From positions 1-44,429 of the forward strand of contig JAHIMW010000172.1 of the NCBI GenBank assembly GCA_018896355.1: a stretch of DNA of 44,429 bases, given 5' to 3'. The notes beneath the pieces are model-generated. The model saw only the letters and a list, made by a program, of their open reading frames with translations. It searched no databases and was not told the origin of the DNA. The translations under genes were made by a program, and so were the position numbers. Below are positions 34,389-43,870 of this stretch, piece after piece (position 1 is the stretch's first letter; each line of letters begins with the position of its first letter). This DNA is from Pseudomonadota bacterium. GTDB taxonomy: Bacteria; Desulfobacterota; Syntrophia; Syntrophales; UBA5619.

Positions 34389-34844
34389 TCACGGTTTGAC
34401 AACAATGACTGGACATTTTGAGCCTTTGACAACTTTGTCTGCAACGCTTCCAATCAGATGCTTGAGAATGCCGGTCTTCCCATGAGATGCGATAACAATC
34501 AAATCAATCTTTTTGGCCTTCTGTTCACTTAGGATAACCTCTTGAGGCACACCCTCCCTGACGACAATAGATATTTCTACACCCCTTTCCTTGGCAATTT
34601 GGTCTGCTTCCTTTTTCAACTTATCTTTGGCGCCCTTGATACTTTGCTCTTCGAGTTGCTTGACGAGTTGAATATCGAGGCAATAGTCGGCCATGCACCG
34701 CTGAACGTGCTCAGTAATAACATGGAGCAGATAGATCTTCGCCTTGTACTGTGTTGCGATATCCACCGCTTTGTCCAGTGCCACATCAGAATACTTTGAA
34801 AAATCTGTTGGGACCAAGATATTTTTCGGTGCGAACATAATCAA
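34389..34844 (-). CDS. Universal stress protein (UspA family)
   Basis: NILVPTDFS..S..AL..A, LLHV and ASHGKTG...GSVADKVV....PVIVV are the canonical Usp pattern. Confidence 0.85.
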   Translation of the reverse strand: MIMFAPKNILVPTDFSKYSDVALDKAVDIATQYKAKIYLLHVITEHVQRCMADYCLDIQLVKQLEEQSIKGAKDKLKKEADQIAKERGVEISIVVREGVPQEVILSEQKAKKIDLIVIASHGKTGILKHLIGSVADKVVKGSKCPVIVVKP

Positions 34845-34939
34845 CCCTCCTTTATTTATTTGGTATAATTATACATCTATTTTTTACTTTTTCAAAGCTT
34901 CATTTAACACGGCAAAACCTGAGAGTTGGCCGGGTGACA

Positions 34940-37795
34940 TTAGACCTCTTTTTGTGAGGGCTCCGTCTTGACTATGTCGCCGCGTTCCCTAACCATCATG
35001 GTTCTCTTGTGCCGGATGTAGATCTTGACGAGTTCCATTGCGATCGCCGAGGCAAAGAAGAACGGCAGCATGAAAAACCAGTCATCCGGCGTCAGGGTGA
35101 CCGTGTAAAAGAAGGGTTGCAGGAACGGAACGTAAACGACGGTCAACACAAGGAGGAACGAAACGACCGTTGCGCCGACCATCCAGCGGCTTGAAAAAAC
35201 ACCGATCTTGAAAACGCTCAGGTACTCGGAGCGGGCGGTGAAGGCCCTCACGAGCTCCGATACGCTCAAAGTCACAAAGGCCATGGTTTGGGCGGCCTCG
35301 ATTTGACCGGGATAACGGCCCATCCCCAGATAGAACACAAGAAGGATGGCTATGGCGTCCACAACCGCTACCACGGATATACCGATCTTCATATCCGTAT
35401 TGACCAGCGGTTCCGCCGGCGGTCTGGGCGGTTGTCTCATGGTGTCGGGTTCGCCTTTTTCCATTCCGAGGGCCAGGGCAGGGGCGCCATCGGAAATGAG
35501 GTTCAACCACAACAGGTGAATGGGCCTGAGCGGAATGGGCAGCCCCATCAGCATGGCGCAAAAAACGATCAGGATTTCACCGACGTTGCAGGCCAGCAGA
35601 AAGTAAACGAACTTTCGGATGTTGGAGTAGATGATCCGGCCCTGCTCGACGGCGGAGACGATGCTTGCGAAGTTGTCGTCCGTCAGGACAATGTCCGCCG
35701 CCGCCTTGGAGACGTCCGTTCCGGTGATGCCCATGGCGATGCCGATGTTCGCCCGTTTAAGAGCCGGCGCGTCGTTCACGCCGTCGCCGGTCATCGCCAC
35801 GATGTGGCCGCGCGCCTTGAGGGCGTCGACGATCCTTGTCTTGTGCGCCGGGGAGACACGACAGCAGACATCCAGTCTGTCCGCCTCGGCGGTTAGTCGC
35901 TCGTCGTTTATCTGGTCGAGTTCGGTTCCGGTCAGGACCAGACCGCCTGGCGTCCGCAGACCGATCTCCCGCGCCACGGCTTCGGCCGTCTCCCGGTAGT
36001 CGCCGGTCACCATGATGGTCTTCAAACCGGCCCCTCGCGCCACCCTCATTGCTGCAATCACCTCGGGCCGCGGCGGATCGATCATGCCGAGCAGGCCGAT
36101 GAACGTAAGATCCTTTTCAACCTGATCCGGGTCGGCGTTTTCGGGAACGGCATCCAGGGGGCGGTACGCCACGGCAAGCACCCGGAGGGCGTTGCCGGCC
36201 ATTTCTCGGTTCCGTTCGAGAATCTCCTGCCGCTTCTCTTCCGTCAGCGAAACGGCTTGCCCGTCTTGAAGAACCCGGCTGCAGAGATCCAGAACGAAGT
36301 CCGGCGCCCCCTTGACGAAGGCAACTACGGGCGGATAAGAGAATCCCGCCGGTGTACCCGTCCGGGCGACGGTTGGGTCATACCGGTGGATCGTGGTCAT
36401 CCGTTTCCTGTCCGAGTCAAAGGGGATCTCCGCCACCCTCGGCAGAACCTTTGCGATATCCGCGCGTCGAACGCCTGCCTTTGCCGCGGCTACAACCAGG
36501 GCGCCTTCCGTTGGATCGCCGGTGATTCTCCATGAGGTCTCTTTTCCCCCTTCCACGAGATCGGCGTCATTACACAGCAGGCCGCCCCGGAGGAGCGCGG
36601 CGACATCGGCATCCCCCTGGGGGTCGAAACCCTGTCCGTCCCGCGTGAACAGTCCGGTCGGGGCATACTCCTTCCCCGTCACTTGGAATCCCCTTCCGCC
36701 GGTCCAGCCCTGCAGGACGGTCATCTGGTTCTGTGTCAGGGTTCCCGTTTTGTCGGTGCAGATCACTGTGGTGCTACCGAGCGTCTCAACGGCAGCTAAC
36801 TTGCGGATCAGCGCGTGGCGCTTGATCATCTGCTGCATCCCGATGGCGAGACAGATGGTCACGATCGCAGGCAGTCCCTCCGGGACGGCGGCGATGGCGA
36901 GACTGATGGCGATCATGAACAAACCGATGATGACCTTCTGCTCGGCTAAAAGGTAGTGGATGAAACCGTCCTGAAAGGCAGTCGTGAGATTCGTATCTCT
37001 AATAAGGCCGTAGATGAAGACGAATCCGCAGATGGCAAGGCATGCGGTCCCGAGCACCTTCCCCAGGTGGGCCAATTTCTGCTGGAGGGGAGTATCCTCT
37101 TCCACGTAAGACTGGATCATCTCGGCAATGAGGCCGATCTGCGTCTCCATTCCCGTTCCCGTCACGACCCCCCTGCCGCGCCCGTAGGTGATCAGGGTGC
37201 TCATGAAGACGGTATTCTTCCGGTCTCCCAGGGGGACCTCCTTGTCCAACACGACCTTTGCGCTCTTCTCGACCGGCAGCGACTCCCCCGTCAGAGAGGC
37301 TTCTTCAACCTTGAGATTGATGCTCTCCACGAGGCGCATGTCGGCGGGGACGTAATTGCCGGCTTCCAAAAGGACGATATCACCGACCACCAGCTTCCGG
37401 CCGGGAATCGATGTCTGACGCCCGTCACGGACGACTTGGGCGTGAGGGGCGGCCATCTTCTTGAGGCCCGCGATCGCCTGTTCGGCCTTCGATTCCTGAA
37501 TCACCCCCAAGACGGCATTGAGAACGATGATGACCGTGATGGCGATTGCGTCGATGTATTCGCCGAGAAGAACCGTCACGACCGCTGCGACGATCAGGAT
37601 GATTACGAGGAAGTTGTTGAATTGGTCCAGGAGCAGCGCGAAAAATCCGGGCCGCGGTCGCTCCCTGAGCTCGTTGGGTCCGTACTTCCGGAGGCGAACC
37701 CGCGCCTCGACCTCACTCAGTCCCATGGCGAGGTCCGTATGAAGCCCGCGGACCACCTCATCAATCGACTTTTCGTGGCTTCCCGTTTCCATCAT
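34940..37795 (-). CDS. Cation-transporting P-type ATPase, P2 (Ca2+-ATPase-like)
   Basis: The 951 aa product has TGES, CTDKTGTLTQNQM (phosphorylation site), MVTGD, TGDGVNDAPALK and ~10 TM segments. Confidence 0.9.
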   Translation of the reverse strand: MMETGSHEKSIDEVVRGLHTDLAMGLSEVEARVRLRKYGPNELRERPRPGFFALLLDQFNNFLVIILIVAAVVTVLLGEYIDAIAITVIIVLNAVLGVIQESKAEQAIAGLKKMAAPHAQVVRDGRQTSIPGRKLVVGDIVLLEAGNYVPADMRLVESINLKVEEASLTGESLPVEKSAKVVLDKEVPLGDRKNTVFMSTLITYGRGRGVVTGTGMETQIGLIAEMIQSYVEEDTPLQQKLAHLGKVLGTACLAICGFVFIYGLIRDTNLTTAFQDGFIHYLLAEQKVIIGLFMIAISLAIAAVPEGLPAIVTICLAIGMQQMIKRHALIRKLAAVETLGSTTVICTDKTGTLTQNQMTVLQGWTGGRGFQVTGKEYAPTGLFTRDGQGFDPQGDADVAALLRGGLLCNDADLVEGGKETSWRITGDPTEGALVVAAAKAGVRRADIAKVLPRVAEIPFDSDRKRMTTIHRYDPTVARTGTPAGFSYPPVVAFVKGAPDFVLDLCSRVLQDGQAVSLTEEKRQEILERNREMAGNALRVLAVAYRPLDAVPENADPDQVEKDLTFIGLLGMIDPPRPEVIAAMRVARGAGLKTIMVTGDYRETAEAVAREIGLRTPGGLVLTGTELDQINDERLTAEADRLDVCCRVSPAHKTRIVDALKARGHIVAMTGDGVNDAPALKRANIGIAMGITGTDVSKAAADIVLTDDNFASIVSAVEQGRIIYSNIRKFVYFLLACNVGEILIVFCAMLMGLPIPLRPIHLLWLNLISDGAPALALGMEKGEPDTMRQPPRPPAEPLVNTDMKIGISVVAVVDAIAILLVFYLGMGRYPGQIEAAQTMAFVTLSVSELVRAFTARSEYLSVFKIGVFSSRWMVGATVVSFLLVLTVVYVPFLQPFFYTVTLTPDDWFFMLPFFFASAIAMELVKIYIRHKRTMMVRERGDIVKTEPSQKEV

Positions 37796-38008
37796 TCCAG
37801 GTCTCCAGGTTATTCGTCAGCTGTTTTTCATCGATCCAATAGATGAAGCCAATCCCTTCTCCTTCAATCCGATGAGGGTCTTGCGGCCGGCATGACGAAA
37901 TATTGGAACAAGCCGGCGGACCAGCGGATGGTCATGGCCGAATGCAAACGGAATATACCATCCGTTGTGGAGAATGACAATTCATGATCAGTCCACAAAA
38001 AGGGTTTT

Positions 38009-38956
38009 TCAGATGAAGGAGGCGACCACCTTACTGATGAAAAAAGCATAGAAGATCAGAAACAGCATTCCCTCCGAAGAAGAGATCTTTTTGTCTTGAG
38101 TCAGGAGGTAGAACAGGACGGAGGCGACGACGAACACCGGTAAGGAAAAGCCGATCAGGTATTCGGGAACCTGAATAGTGCCGAATCCCGACACGGCTCC
38201 GGGAATCACCAGTGCGTTGAAGACGCAGGAACCCAGAATGTTGCCGACGGCGATCGCCGGTTTCCTCTGCCGGATGGCCGTGACGCTGACCGCCAGTTCC
38301 GGAAGGGTCGTTCCCAGCGATAAAACCGTCAGCGAGATGAGTGAAGGGGGAACCACAAGATGCTGCGCAATCGCTATAATGCTATCAACTGTATGGTCGG
38401 CCCCGATATAAATGCCGACGCCGGACGCCAGCAGGATCAGCAGCGCTTTGAACGGGAAAGAAGTTTTGATCGGCGAGTTCGTCCCATTCGTTTCAACGAG
38501 GGGTTGTTGGCCGCTCCTGAGCAGGAAGTGGCTGTAGATGGCATAGGTCGCAAGCAGGAAGAGGCCCTCGGAAAACGCAATTTCACCATCCATCATGATC
38601 AGGCCGAGCAAAAGTGACGATCCGATCAGAAAATTGAGGTCTACCATGATGTAACCGCCACCCATCTCGATACCCTTCCGGGACAGCACGGCGATCAGGC
38701 CAAGAATCAGAAAGATGTTGGAGATGTTGGCACCCAGCACATTTCCCGAGACGATCTCCGAGTTTCCGGCAAGGCCCGCCAGAACGCCCGCCACCAGTTC
38801 GGGCAGCGAGGTGCCGATGCCCACGATGAACACTCCGATCACAAAGGACGACATGCCGAAATAAAGGCCCAGCCTTTCAGCTGCCTTCGTCAAGAATCGT
38901 GCGGAGACAAGCAGAACCACTAAGCTGATGATGAAAATCAAGGAGGAAACGAGCAT
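38009..38956 (-). CDS. Ca2+/Na+ antiporter (CaCA / YrbG family)
   Basis: There are two alpha-repeat motifs, GTSLPELVAGV and GTTLPELAVSV. The 315 aa product is polytopic. Confidence 0.85.
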   Translation of the reverse strand: MLVSSLIFIISLVVLLVSARFLTKAAERLGLYFGMSSFVIGVFIVGIGTSLPELVAGVLAGLAGNSEIVSGNVLGANISNIFLILGLIAVLSRKGIEMGGGYIMVDLNFLIGSSLLLGLIMMDGEIAFSEGLFLLATYAIYSHFLLRSGQQPLVETNGTNSPIKTSFPFKALLILLASGVGIYIGADHTVDSIIAIAQHLVVPPSLISLTVLSLGTTLPELAVSVTAIRQRKPAIAVGNILGSCVFNALVIPGAVSGFGTIQVPEYLIGFSLPVFVVASVLFYLLTQDKKISSSEGMLFLIFYAFFISKVVASFI

Positions 38957-40452
38957 GGCGCCCCAAAAAAATTTCCGAATGCTGTCATGGCGCGCGAAGC
39001 CATCTATTGGATGAGGTCGGATAGAAATACGGCGCGTGCATGTTTAGGACAACGCCTCCCACTGTTTCCGCCGTTTCCAGCTTCGCGGCGAAAAAGATAC
39101 TATACCATGCATCTCTTTCCCGCAAGCCCCCTCTCATCCAGCCGTCAACATCCGCATCTTACATATCACAATGATGGAAGAACAGAGCTTTATTGATTAT
39201 CGATTGAAGTCCAGTAATTTGATCAAGGTTGGCTATTTATTGACTTCAGGAAGCTATACGTAACATAATCTGAATTTCTTACTGATGTTGGTATGTTACA
39301 CTGTGTTTACAATAGCCATAAATTCCTGTATCCGTCAAGTTGTTTTTAGATAGCACCTTTGCCATTGCAAATAAAAAATCCTTGGTTCCAGTTATAGGGA
39401 AATAGACACAATATATTGTGCGCCGTGCAAAGGCGCTGTTTTCCAGCGGGTGCGAAACCCGCCCGGCAACTTTCGCTCCGGCCGGTAGCAACCAGAGCAG
39501 ACGTGGAGGTAACGAAGCGGCTGAAGCCTTTGGTGTAGAGGGTTCTGTAAGGGACTTGGCGAGCATGCAGGCCGTAATGTGAGTGAACGCTGAGCAGGCC
39601 CCGAAAATGTTAATGCGGAAGCCGACCCGGCGATATTACGGGGAAGGCTGTCATTTGTTGGTGAAGCGAGCGAAAAGCGCAACCAACAGTTCCGCCGGGG
39701 TATTGGCGACGGCATGCATGAAAGAGGAAAGCAGACGCAACACGGGAAGCCCCATCACGAGGCCGAGCGTGAGACCAACCGGACGCCCGTGAGGGACAGG
39801 CCAGGCGTGATGGGGTGGCGGAGAGGCCCGTAGTGTGCGCTGGGCAGCGCACTGATCAGGAGGGTTAAAGTCCCTCTGGCACCCGGATGAGGGGTGCTAT
39901 ATCCAAAGGCGGGGGTAACGCCTCGCTGGCCGGGGATTGCGAATAAGGAGAACCCTAAACGGGCACAAGGCCGGAAACGGAGGAGACAGCCAAGGGGATT
40001 CCTAAGTTTGCATTCTGTCGCAAGACAACCGGAGGACAGGGTGTCCACCGTGAGGTGGAATCTGAAGGGTTTGAGGAGAAATACCGGGCCGTAATCGACG
40101 GGGGCCACCCCGAGGATGAACCGGTCGGCCAAAGGTGGGGCAAGGTCGAGCCTGCACTATGGAGGCGAAGGCGTTCTCATCCACCCACCGTACCAAGGTG
40201 TTTGCGGGCGGCACGGTATGGAAGATCAGTGCGTGACCCCAGGAGAACTCACATGGTTTCCGGGTGGCACTGGGATAAGGGACCCTATAAGCGAGAGCGA
40301 AGTGGGAAACGATGCCATGTGAGTGGTCGGACAACCGAATAGTACCTGAAGCACGGTGAAAGCCGTGTGACCGAGGAATCGGCAGACGAGTGAACTGGGG
40401 AAGGCGGTTGACAAGGGTGGTTGGTGCGAAACGAAAAGCGAGATAAGTAAGG

Positions 40453-41769
40453 ATGATGACGAGGATAAGTTCCGTCAGTGAAAAACCCATAAGTGATCAT
40501 TCGAGGAGACTCGCGGACTGGATCAACCCGACCGGTGGAAGGAAGGTCCACTCATTAGTGGACAAGGTTTACAAGATGAAGAACTTGGAGTTGGCTTGGC
40601 AGAAGGTACGTCAGAACCGAGGAGTTGGGGGAATAGATGGTCAGAGCATTGAGGAGTTTGAGGGGAATCTTGTTGAGAACCTCGAACGACTCCATAATGA
40701 GCTCAAGGCTGACACATATCACCCGCAGCCAGTTCGGCAGAAGATGATTCCGAAGCCTGGGCAGCCGGGGAAGTTACGTCCTCTGGGGATACCCACGGTG
40801 TATGGACGGGTATGCCAGCAGGCGTTACTAAACCGGTTGGAGCCGATCTTCGATCCGGTATTCGATGAAGCCAACTTCGGGTATCGGAAGGGGAGATCAA
40901 CGAAGGATGCGATGCGTAAAATCTGGAAGGAGGTGCAAGAGGGTCGTGAATGGATTTTGGACGCTGATCTAAAAGATTTTTTCGGGTCAGTGGATCATGA
41001 AAAACTCATGACTCTGGTGAACCAGTGTGTATCAGACGGGCGAGTGCTCAGGCTTATAAAGAGCATACTCAAGGCTGGATGTTATGCAGAGGGGAAAACG
41101 CTTCCAACAGAGCAGGGGACACCGCAGGGTGGAGTAATATCACCTCTGCTGAGCAATATTCTTTTAACTCCATTTGACTGTGAGATGAGGAAGAAGGGAT
41201 ACAGATTGACAAGATATGCTGATGATTGGTTGGTGACCTGCAAGAGCCGGTCGGAGGCAATATCAGCCTTAGCCACGGCGAGACGGATACTGGAGAAACT
41301 TGGAGTTACCCTTCATACCGAGAAGACGCGCATCGTACATGTGCGCCAGGGGTTTGAATTTCTCGGTTACAAGATCAAGCGAGGGAGCCAGAAACTTAGA
41401 TTGGCACCCGAAAAGATTCGTAGCGGAGTGGTGCAGGGTGATCTGTATGTTTATCCTCGCAATAAATCAATCAGGCACTTCACAGAGCAGATACGAAAGC
41501 GAACGCGGCGTAAGGCCCCGGTAGGGACAAAGGAACTGATTGAGGATATCAATCCAGTCATACGCGGATGGGGGAATTATTACTGTAAGGCCCATGTCCG
41601 CAAGCTCTTCAACCGTTTGGACGGATGGATTGTACGGCGGATATGGTCGCACAGACGTAAACGCTGGCGAAATACAGGATGGAAGGAACTTCCTGAAACA
41701 ATCCTATATGGAGAAATGGGTCTTGTGAATCTTATATCACTGGTACCGTCTATAACACCTGCCAGATAG
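40453..41769 (+). CDS. Group II intron reverse transcriptase/maturase (no endonuclease domain evident)
   Basis: RT blocks are present (GVGGIDG, LRPLGIPTVYGRVCQQA, FGYRKGRS, DADLKDFFGSVDH, GTPQGGVISPLLSN, YADDWLV), along with a maturase X-like segment (INPVIRGWGNYY). Confidence 0.9.
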   Translation: MMTRISSVSEKPISDHSRRLADWINPTGGRKVHSLVDKVYKMKNLELAWQKVRQNRGVGGIDGQSIEEFEGNLVENLERLHNELKADTYHPQPVRQKMIPKPGQPGKLRPLGIPTVYGRVCQQALLNRLEPIFDPVFDEANFGYRKGRSTKDAMRKIWKEVQEGREWILDADLKDFFGSVDHEKLMTLVNQCVSDGRVLRLIKSILKAGCYAEGKTLPTEQGTPQGGVISPLLSNILLTPFDCEMRKKGYRLTRYADDWLVTCKSRSEAISALATARRILEKLGVTLHTEKTRIVHVRQGFEFLGYKIKRGSQKLRLAPEKIRSGVVQGDLYVYPRNKSIRHFTEQIRKRTRRKAPVGTKELIEDINPVIRGWGNYYCKAHVRKLFNRLDGWIVRRIWSHRRKRWRNTGWKELPETILYGEMGLVNLISLVPSITPAR

Positions 41770-41782
41770 GCAGCCTTTGTGA

Positions 41783-41815
41783 AAGCGGAGTGCGGGAAAA
41801 CCGCACGCTCCGTTT
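41783..41815 (+). ncRNA. Group II intron domain V (inner intron)
   Basis: In AAGCGGAGUGCGG-GAAAA-CCGCA(CG)CUCCGUUU, the AGC triad is at 41784-86. The 2-nt bulge on the 3' strand and the ~14 bp helix are canonical. Confidence 0.75.
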
Positions 41816-41880
41816 GAGCGGCGGACGGAGGCTAGCCCCTCGGGGCGCCTCCTCCGACCCGACACCGTTGAATTCGGGTA

Positions 41881-43272
41881 ATGCCGAAGGAGGGAAGGGG
41901 CCTTGGTTCAAGACCAACGCAACAAGTGGGAAAGGACAGGAGATTGGGAAACCTGAAAACTCCGGAAAGTGTTCAGAAACTGCGGACGGCGTTACATGCC
42001 AAAGCGAAGGAAGAACCCGATTTTCGCTTTTACCTCCTATACGACAAGGTATATCGACGGGACGTACTCGAATACGCCTATCGAAGCTGCAAAGCCAACA
42101 AGGGAGCAGCCGGGGTAGATGGAGTGTGTTTTGAAGACATCGAATCGTATGGAGAAGAACGTTGGATCGGGGAACTGGCGGAACGGCTGAAGAAGAAAGA
42201 CTACCGACCGGAAGCGGTCAAGCGGGTCTGGATACCAAAGCCGAACGGCAAACTGCGCCCCTTGGGAATACCGACGATCACCGATCGTGTCGTGCAAACG
42301 GCCCTCTTGATCGTGCTGGAACCCATTTTTGAAGCCGACCTGCAACCGGAGCAATATGCTTATCGGCCAGATCGGGGAGCGCAGGACGCGGTAAAAGCGG
42401 TCCATCGTTTACTCACCACCGGACACCAGCACATTATTGATGCGGACCTGTCAGGTTATTTCGACAGCATCCCGCACGCCGAATTGATGAAGAGCGTCGC
42501 CCGTCGGATCGTTGATCGGCACGTTCTGCACCTCATCAAGCAATGGCTGGAAATGCCGGTCGAAGAAGACGATGGACACGGCCACCGGAAGCGGACAACC
42601 GTCAACCGGGATACCGGACGCGGAACGCCCCAAGGCGCGCCTATCTCACCGCTGCTGTCGAATCTGTACATGCGGCGGTTCATACTGGGATGGAAGCTAC
42701 TGGGGCATGAGCGTCGCTGGTCGGCGCAAATCGTCAATTACGCGGACGATTTTGTCATCTGCTGCAAAGGCCTAGCCGACAAGGCAATTGAAGCAATGCG
42801 GCGCATGATGGAGCGGCTAAAGCTGACGATTAACGACGACAAGACAAACTTGTGTCGGATACCGCAAGAGCGGTTTGATTTCTTGGGTTACACCTTCGGA
42901 CGATGCTACAGCAAAGAGACCGGACGCGTCTATATCGGCACCCGGCCATCTATGAAGAGCATCAAGCGGATGGTGGACAGCATTCCCGAGGAAACAAACC
43001 AGTGCCGAACCATAGTGGAGGCCGAAGCTGTCGTGGGTAGGCTAAACCGGAAACTGACCGGCTGGGCGAATTACTTTTGCCTGGGGCCAGTCAGTCCGGC
43101 GTATCGGGCCATCAACACCCACGTTACGCAACGGCTCCGTCGGTGGTTGTGTAAGAAGCATAAAGTTCGTGGCAAGGGATGGTCACGCTATCCCGATCAG
43201 TACCTGCATGAGCAATTGGGGCTGATTTACTTGCCGAAGAGGACGCGCAACCTTCCGTGGGCAAAAGCATGA
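41881..43272 (+). CDS. Group II intron reverse transcriptase/maturase (second, distinct lineage)
   Basis: RT blocks are present (GAAGVDG, LRPLGIPTITDRVVQTA, YAYRPDRGA, DADLSGYFDSIPH, GTPQGAPISPLLSN, YADDFVI), with an X domain (LTGWANYF). An in-frame TGA at 41869-71 stops the ORF extending across the inner-intron junction. Confidence 0.9.
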   Translation: MPKEGRGLGSRPTQQVGKDRRLGNLKTPESVQKLRTALHAKAKEEPDFRFYLLYDKVYRRDVLEYAYRSCKANKGAAGVDGVCFEDIESYGEERWIGELAERLKKKDYRPEAVKRVWIPKPNGKLRPLGIPTITDRVVQTALLIVLEPIFEADLQPEQYAYRPDRGAQDAVKAVHRLLTTGHQHIIDADLSGYFDSIPHAELMKSVARRIVDRHVLHLIKQWLEMPVEEDDGHGHRKRTTVNRDTGRGTPQGAPISPLLSNLYMRRFILGWKLLGHERRWSAQIVNYADDFVICCKGLADKAIEAMRRMMERLKLTINDDKTNLCRIPQERFDFLGYTFGRCYSKETGRVYIGTRPSMKSIKRMVDSIPEETNQCRTIVEAEAVVGRLNRKLTGWANYFCLGPVSPAYRAINTHVTQRLRRWLCKKHKVRGKGWSRYPDQYLHEQLGLIYLPKRTRNLPWAKA

Positions 43273-43284
43273 AGTCTTGTCCGA

Positions 43285-43317
43285 GAGCCGGATGCGGGAA
43301 ATCCGCCTGTCCGGTTC
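43285..43317 (+). ncRNA. Group II intron domain V (outer intron)
   Basis: In GAGCCGGAUGCGG-GAAAU-CCGC(CU)GUCCGGUUC, the AGC triad is at 43286-88 and the 2-nt bulge is at 43307-08. Confidence 0.85.
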
Positions 43318-43870
43318 GATGAGCGGGATGTGGAAACGGAGCATGGTTGGGATACTGAGGCACCGGCAACTGAAAGGGCCGGAAACAGATAGGCCCTACC
43401 TAACCCACCGCGCCACATCTCGACTCTACAATATTATTATTATCATTAGTTGCAAAGGCTCCGGAGCAATGTAATCCGACAAACAGACAAACGCCGTTTT
43501 CATCTCCTCGGCCAACCCAAAGGGCGCGTGTTCATCAAAAAACAACTGTTCATATTGTTAACACATCATGCAACCTTAATTACCTGATTTTTATAGATTT
43601 AAATGAATACTATACATTCCCGAGGAGGAAGTGTAAATATATATAACACTTCTTGCACGGCAGTCCGTTTGCCGGGAAACCTCCATAATCTTTCACTTGC
43701 ATGTAAACGACTACTTATATTGAATATATTTCAGTACGGTTGAAAATGATCCCAACTTCTCTGCTTTGGCATGGTTATTGGAGTTATAAAAAGCAAAGAG
43801 TGATGCCGAAAGTGGCGGGGGTTGGTTTGGTAGTGTTGATGGGAATTTCGATTCAGAGAGAGAGGAGGAA

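Larger units (their letters stand above)
39835..41863 (+). mobile_element. Inner group II intron (complete, ~2.03 kb)
   Basis: - **5' part:** the 5' end is GUGCGCU at 39835, and ~620 nt of structured RNA precede the IEP ORF.
- **Homing-site pairing:** an EBS1-like ACUAUGG (40156-40162) is complementary to CCGUAGU (39828-39834) immediately 5' of the insertion.
- **3' part:** domain V is at 41783-41815 and domain VI has bulged A41857, 7 nt from the ...CGAC 3' end. Confidence 0.7.
39418..43429 (+). mobile_element. Outer group II intron (interrupted by a second intron at 39835-41863)
   Basis: - **5' end:** GUGCGCC begins at 39418, exactly at an AT-rich to GC-rich composition switch.
- **Interior:** it has its own RT/maturase ORF and a canonical domain V at 43285-43317.
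- **Domain VI:** the basal helix pairs 43321-43330 with 43416-43426, with bulged A43423 lying 7 nt from the ...CUCUAC 3' end at 43429. AT-rich DNA resumes there. Confidence 0.7.

Noticed and set aside
39279-40551. Multiple 60-160 aa ORFs on both strands lie in the region upstream of the first RT gene. Examples are 40002-40490, 39755-40132 and 39392-39715.
   Set aside because: They lie within the structured RNA domains (DI-DIV) of the two group II introns, overlap one another in several frames, and have no SD or protein-like composition.
39418-43429. An alternative reading treats this as a tandem array of an intron 5' fragment, a complete intron and a 5'-truncated intron, rather than a true nest.
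   Set aside because: This is not fully excluded, but it needs two independent truncations that happen to be exactly complementary. The nest needs one retrohoming event, and it is supported by the EBS1/IBS1-type pairing at the junction and by the ~2 kb size of the reconstituted outer intron.
41790-43474. ORFs 41790-42134 (114 aa) and 43277-43474 (65 aa) start right after each RT gene.
   Set aside because: Both are read-throughs of intron domains V and VI. The domain V hairpin accounts for the CGKT/MREIRLSG-type translations. ORF 41790-42134 is also out of frame with, and overlaps, the second RT gene.
43767-43782. A sigma54-like TGGCATGGTTATTGGA lies ~90 nt upstream of the small membrane-protein gene.
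   Set aside because: The -24 GG is present, but the -12 position reads GG instead of the highly conserved GC. It is too weak to call without a PWM score or transcription start data.
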